Origin: the human T2T-CHM13v2.0 reference genome, Homo sapiens
DNA length: 64,000 nucleotides
Strand: one strand, 5' to 3'
Assembly (NCBI RefSeq): GCF_009914755.1
Contig: NC_060925.1
Shown: positions 56,973 through 64,000 of the stretch, piece by piece
Layout: each line of letters begins with the position of its first letter
Numbering within the stretch: position 1 is the first letter of the stretch
Position numbers and translations under genes: made by a program
Notes under the pieces: model-generated
The model's input: the letters and a program-made list of their open reading frames with translations, nothing else
Told to the model about the DNA's origin: nothing
The model's database searches: none

Positions 56973-57827
56973 TGTTGCCAAGGAATCCATTTTGAATGTG
57001 AGTTGGACTTTCTCACACCAGAAACAGGGCTTAGTTATCCTTGACAGTTTCCAGTTCTCCACCTATTCCCAGTTCCTCAATGTAGTTGACGATTTATCTG
57101 CTTTATAGAACCTCCTCCTGGTGATCAACCCCTTTTGGCACAGTTAGTTACAACCTGCTTGATGCACCCCACTGATCGCCACACCCCACAAGGATTGCAC
57201 AGATGTGCCACAGTGGCCACTCTCAGTCAGAGCATGGTGCAGGGAACTCATGCCTCCTTGCTCTAAACCCATCAATTAGAACTTCTCACGGGAAACCTGC
57301 TTGGGTAGTGTTGTGGACTCCAATAAAGTCTTTGGCCTTCGGGTCCTTTGTGTCCTTTCTCTTGCTTCCTGCCCACTGGTTGAGTGTGTGTGTCCTGGTC
57401 AGCTCCCTTCCTGTTGGCCCTGTGAAGGGTGCTCCCCTCTTCTCTCTGGGACCCGTAAGTAATAAACTGCTTGTGATATTTTATGTGTTTTGTTGTGTCA
57501 CCTCTTCTGTTTCTCACCAGATTGACACACCTGAACCTAATTTCTTTCCTGGTCAGGGCTTGCCTAGAGAGTGGCTATCTTGGTTACGAGCAAAGTAGAC
57601 ACAAGTCAGACAAGAACCACAAGGGTATCTGCCAGTATAGACAAGTTTCCTGTGTGGGGGACACCTGGTCAAAAATTGGACCGTGCACCAAGATAAAGGA
57701 GTGTCCTGTGAAAGGTCAGTTGTAAGCATCCATGACCAAGTCCTGTGGAGCCCTATCAGGACAGGGGTAGAGTTTATAGGAAATCTCCTGAGACAGACCT
57801 CAAGACCAAATAAGAAAAAAAAAAAAA
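56973..57827 (+). mobile_element. MER54-like ERVL LTR
   Basis: GGTCAGGGCTTGCCTAGAGAGTGGCTATCTTGG...GACCTCAAGACCAAAT. Confidence 0.7.
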
Positions 57828-58053
57828 GCTCTTTATTTTTAAGTTCTCTAAGAAAAACACACACATATTCTTACACATATAAGCCCTCACACACATACAC
57901 TCAAACATACACATAAACGTTCACACTCACTTTCACAAGTGTGCAGACACACAAGCATATCTACACACATTCTCCCAAACATACACACATTTGCACATGT
58001 ACACATATATTCACATACATACTCATCAGAGGCACATCCTTCTACCTGTACAT

Positions 58054-58461
58054 TGTGGAGATAAAAATGACTCCATCTTGGATGCCAATCCAGCATGTTA
58101 CCTTCTGATTACCACAGTCCCATGGATGCCTCCTGATTCCTGCTTTATTTACTGTCCCTAGTGTAAGAACAAGTCAACCTTGTTGTTATTACACAAATCA
58201 TAGGCTATGACGCATGGGGCCTTCTTGCCTGTTCTGGAGGGTTGCCTTTGATTGTCTTGCTGGAGCAGCAACACCTTTCCCTGTGGTACGTAAGTCTTGG
58301 GTCTGGGGAGTAACAGTGCAGAGATCTACCTGTCTTACTGCTCCCCAGGACCACACTTCCATCCTATTCTCACAAACTGGATTTATCTGCCTTGCTCTTT
58401 GGTTTCTTGGCTCCTTCTGTGTTTGGGGGTTGTTTTGCATATACAGCCCTTTCATGTAACA
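58054..58461 (+). mobile_element. LTR47-like ERVL solo LTR
   Basis: TGTGGAGATAAAAATGACTCCATCTTGGATGC...GTAACA; perfect TSD TACAT (58049-58053, 58462-58466). Confidence 0.85.
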
Positions 58462-58520
58462 TACATGCATGCACCCACACATATGCATACTCTCACTAAC
58501 TCATACACACAATCCTGTTA

Positions 58521-58918
<398 letters not shown>

Positions 58919-59519
58919 AAGAAATGGTATGTCCAGAGCCATAAAAATACTCTGCAATGTCATCTTATTTGTTATAACAGTGGCCTGCAAAGTAGCCAAT
59001 CAAATTTAAATGCAAGGACAGCCAACTCCAGAGGTCAAAAGAAACCAGTCTGGGTGAGAAGACGAGAGTAACCGCATTCATCCTTTCTTACCAAAGTAAC
59101 TAAAACTACAGTCTACTGAAAATATTTGAATAAGTACAAAGCCAAATCCCAAATTTTTTATTTCAGCTTTGCAAATCTCAAAAATTATCTTTTTCTCAGC
59201 TAGTGGAAGCTAAGTTCACTAAAAATGCTTGTTAACCTAATTAGGTGACTGAGCTAAGTACACATTCTAAGTTGGAGTACTGTGAGTGAGCACACAGGTG
59301 GGGTAGGTGGCTTATTTCCCTGAGATCTGCCGCTGGTGGTGATTTATTTTAGAAAGCTGCATCTTTAATTAAGTATGAGTAGCATATGATTTATTATGTG
59401 TGCATAACATGTTGTAACCAAGTATCACCATGTTCAAAGAGCCCTTAAATTCTGTGAACTACATGAACAATGAGTCCATGTCACTTGGCAGACACAGTAT
59501 GTGTCGCCTTCTTACTCCA

Positions 59520-59881
59520 TGTATTAGTCCATTTTCATGCTGCTGATAAAGACATACCTGAGACTGGGTCATTTATAAAGAAAAAGAGGTTTAATGGCCT
59601 CACAGTTCCATGTGGCTGGGGAGGCCTTACAATCATGGTGGAAGGCAAAAGGCACGTCTTACATGGCAGCTGGCAAGAGAGAATGAAAGCCTGTGCAAGG
59701 ACACTCCCGTTTATAAAAACATTAGATCTCATGAGACTTATTCACTTCACAAGAACAGCAAGGGAAAGACCCACCCCCATGATTCAATTACCTCCCACTG
59801 CATCCCTCACACAATACATGGGAATTGTGGGAGCTACAATTCAAGATGAGATTTGGGTGGGGACACAGCCAAACCATATCA
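59520..59881 (-). mobile_element. THE1 solo LTR
   Basis: TGTATTAGTCC...CCATATCA; perfect TSD CTCCA. Confidence 0.95.
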
Positions 59882-60768
59882 CTCCATAATGTCTTCCACT
59901 TCATTTAGTTGCTTTTTAGAGTGGTGCCTGTGCTGTGTGACCACATGCTCTTGGAATTTCAGGAGGGATGCTGCTTAAGCTAGTAGATATGTAGCAATCC
60001 TGGCTGAGCCCAGTTGGGTTGCTATTGCAGACTTGTGGGCTGATGGCCCTGTGGGTGTCTTTCGCACAAGCTGATATGCATGGTGGGGTGGGGGTTCCTG
60101 GGGGCCAGAGGTACTAATAGAGCAGAGAAAAGGAAGGTAAGGGGCAGTTTCTGTCCCTGCCACAGTCACCTCTCCTTGGCTGGCTCTGCCCACTGTGCAG
60201 GCTAATTGATTACATTTGACCTCCTATGGATAGGGGATTGGAAAGAAAGCCAAAGGAGCAGCTTTCATGAAAGTCCAAGGGAGATTCTGGGTACCACTGT
60301 GACTGAGGCAACCAAGCAAAGCCAAGTTGGAGGAGAGGGGTCATTGCTCTTATTTTGGTGCCACAACATAGCAGCAGGGTCCGACAGGGTCTGAAAAACC
60401 ACAAAGAGCAGCTGAAGTATGACTGGTATGATTTTCGTGGAATAGTGACAGAGGACCTTGTCTCATGAAGGTCACCAGCAGCAGCAGCAGAGGTCAGTGG
60501 CCTCCCTCAAGGGCTTGTGTGCCGTGGATTTCCACAAGAATATCAAGCAAAAGAACTTGAGGAGGCTCATTCCTGAGTACCTAGGGGTCCCTGGAGACTC
60601 ACAGAAATACTGCAAGGAGACTTTGAATAGCTGGTGGTTGAAATCCTACCTTCTCCATGAGAGGGTTCAATGTCAGTGTCAATGGTGTCTCTTTTGTTCC
60701 ATCAGACTAGTGAAATGGAGACATTCAGATACACACACTCCATAATCAGTATGTAAATTATCACTATG

Positions 60769-60790
60769 CACACACACACACACACACACA
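60769..60790. repeat. (CA)n microsatellite
   Basis: Direct repeat. Confidence 0.9.
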
Positions 60791-61076
60791 AACACCTCTA
60801 TGCTGAGATAGGCTCGCTGGCTCCTGGGAACACTACATGTCCCTGGGATTACATGCCCCAGCCTCCCTTGCAGCCAGGTGTGTCTGTGTGACCGAGCCCT
60901 GGCAAATGGAATGTAAAAGCAGGAAGAATATATGCCTCTTTCAAGGCAGGTTCATAATAATCTCCCACTTGTTACCACCTATCCCTGTTTTCATCCCTCA
61001 GCTGAATAGAGAGGACTCCAAGGAACTTAAGGTCAGAGCCAAAAGACTCTGGAAGTAGCCTAGCACCTGAATTTTC

Positions 61077-61078
<2 letters not shown>

Positions 61079-61118
<40 letters not shown>

Positions 61119-61184
61119 ACCCTATCCTCCCACCTCTGCCTCCCTTAGTGCTGGGATTATAGGCATGAGCCACCACACCCGGCC
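61079..61184 (-). mobile_element. Truncated 7SL-derived monomer (BC200/FLAM-C-like) with (AAT)n tail
   Basis: 63-nt 5' Alu domain; perfect 18-bp TSD TAGCACCTGAATTTTCTA. Confidence 0.8.
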
Positions 61185-61391
61185 TAGCACCTGAATTTTC
61201 TACGTGGAAAATGACCAGACCAAAAATACTCACATTGGTGGAATGAAAGCAAACAAATTTCACTCAGATTGTGGAATTGTTTATTATAAAAGTTAGTGTT
61301 GCTACTCTTCCCTATTATATCATTAATCCCTAGAAAAGCATTATTATCCCCAAATTACAAATGTGGAAATTAAAGTTCACAGGGGTTTAGT

Positions 61392-61608
61392 CAGTGATTC
61401 TCACCAGGATAAATTTTACTCCCCAGGGGACATTTGGCAATGTTTGGAGACATTTTTAGTTTTCACAACCAGAGGGGAAGGATTGCTGCTGGCATCTGGT
61501 ATGTAGAGGCCAGAAATGCTGCTAAATCCTCCAGTGTACAGGACCAGATCCTACAACAAAGAATTTTCCAACCTAAAACATTAACATTACTGAAGTTGAG
61601 AAACACAG
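61392..61608 (+). mobile_element. MER20 hAT-Charlie element in a MIR
   Basis: CAGTGATTCTCA...CCCCAGGGGACATTTGGCAATGTTTGGAGACATTTTT...GTTGAGAAACACAG. Confidence 0.9.
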
Positions 61609-61858
61609 TGGGGTTGAGGGTTAAGAGATTTGTCTAAAGCCACTGAACTAGAACTGGTAAGTGGCTCATAACTTTAGTCCTTTCTTTCTATCAGGTTCTC
61701 TTTATCTGGAAACTTGTGAATAAGCTGCCATGTGATAGTGCTCATACCCCCATGTCACTTCCGGTGGGGGAAGCCCCCTTCTGGGGCCAAAAGAATCAAG
61801 CTGAGAAATAATAAATGCACATATGTACTAATTATAATAAGTTTCAGAGAAGAATGAC

Positions 61859-62240
61859 TGATATGGTTAGGCTTTGTGCCCCCATCCAAATCTCATCTTC
61901 AATTGTAATCCCCGTAATTCCCATAATCCCCATGTGTCAAAGGAGAGACCAAGTGGAGGTAACTGGATCATGGGTTGGCTTCCCCAATGCTGTTCTTGTG
62001 ATCATGAGAGAGTTGTCACAAGATCTAATGGTTTTATAAGCTTCTGACATTTTCCCTGCTTGCACTTCTCTCTCCTGCCACCACGTGAAGAATGCGCCTT
62101 GCTTCCCCTCTACCTTCCACCATGATTGTAAGTTTCCTGAGGCCTCCCCAGCCGTGTGGAACTGAGAGTCAATTAAACCTCTTTTCTTTATAAATTATCC
62201 AGTCTTGAGCTAGTTATTTACAGCAATGTGAAAACTGACC
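61859..62240 (+). mobile_element. THE1C/D-like solo LTR
   Basis: TGATATGGTTAGGCTTTGTGCCCCCATCCAAATCTCATC...TGAGGCCTCCCCAGCC. Confidence 0.9.
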
Positions 62241-62458
62241 CTGATTTTTCCTACCTATTTGACAGACAGAGACAAGAATATTGTTTGAAAATCAGTAAAC
62301 ATGTTTGCAGTTCCAACAAGACGTCAGGCCTTAGAAACCTCATTTAGGGAGAAAGTATTTTCATCTCACTGCTAAGGTCCTTGTAGCCTTTTACATGAGC
62401 AAAACAAAAAGCTAGCAATATTTTCTGCTTCCAAAAGTAATATATTTGTTATTTTTTA

Positions 62459-62800
<342 letters not shown>

Positions 62801-62939
62801 CTATATTCCATCTTCCTGAGAAAGTCATGATAAGTAATTTTGTTTATATTCTTCCACATTTGTTTCTATGCATATGCTAGCATTTCTATTTCTAATTGAC
62901 ATATATACACACCAATATGTGTGTGTATATATATTAGAG

Positions 62940-63310
62940 ACTGCTAGAGTAAAATTTGTGTCCTCTTCCTCCTGAGAACACATCCAGAATATATTTCCCA
63001 GCCTGCCTTGCTGTTTAGTTGTGGTCATGTGGCTAAGTCTAGCCCATGGAGCATGAATAGAAGTGATATACATTTCTTCTAGACCTGGCTATGAAAACTT
63101 CCTATACATGCTACTCTAAGCTCTTTTCTCTTTCTAGCTCATCGGGATGAAGACAGCCACATGTCAAAGATGACAGAGCTTCCTTCAGCTTGAGCTCTGC
63201 AGGATCACTTGGAGGAAAGTAGCCCCAAGAACCTGTTTACTGTCTCTAGATTGTTATATGAACAACAAATGTACTTCTACTGTGTACATTTGTGTACAAG
63301 CTAGCAATAT
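62940..63310 (+). mobile_element. MLT1 (I/J-like) LTR
   Basis: ATATTTCCCAGCCTGCCTTGCTGTTTAGTTGTGGTCATGTGGCTAAG...GAAGTGAT. Confidence 0.6.
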
Positions 63311-63353
63311 TGCTCTGCAACTTGTTTCTTTCACTTAAAAATATATCTGGAAT

Positions 63354-63888
<535 letters not shown>

Positions 63889-64000
63889 TTAAAAAATAAT
63901 ATGAATTTATCATTGCTGTTAAAAATCAAAATAGTACCACCAGATTTTAAAGGAAAAGGAAAGCTCTGCAGTATGGCATAAATGTTCTAAAGACAGAACA

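Noticed and set aside
59470-59889. 139-aa ORF
   Set aside because: Antisense read-through of a THE1 LTR.

Overview
Primate (human-like) non-genic or intronic DNA, dominated by interspersed repeats: L2 and MIR remnants, Alus (J, S, Y and monomers), many solo LTRs (THE1, MST, MLT1, MLT2, MER66, MER54, LTR47), DNA transposon fossils (MER20, MER81, Tigger3) and three large LINE units. These are a degraded, near full-length L1MC-type element (~20.6-27.4 kb), a HAL1-like ORF1-only element (~40.4-43.3 kb) and a full-length L1PA4-like element with TSDs (49668-56193). I found no intact cellular protein-coding exon; most ORF-track entries are repeat-derived or spurious. The one cellular-gene-derived feature is a processed MRPL57 (MRP63) pseudogene inserted antisense inside the old L1 ORF2. 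The most unusual observations are: (i) a younger L1PA2/3-type 3' end sitting at its own homologous position in the L1PA4, with a shared non-consensus 62-bp tract suggesting gene conversion; (ii) an open 163-codon ORF0 in that otherwise dead L1; (iii) a 63-nt BC200/FLAM-like retrocopy with a perfect 18-bp TSD; (iv) several templated-insertion or fold-back scars; (v) DUX4-type motifs in THE1 and MLT2A1 LTRs. I see no evidence of a new multi-gene system. Repeat subfamily names come from recalled consensus sequences and need Dfam/RepeatMasker confirmation; boundaries of old repeats are approximate.
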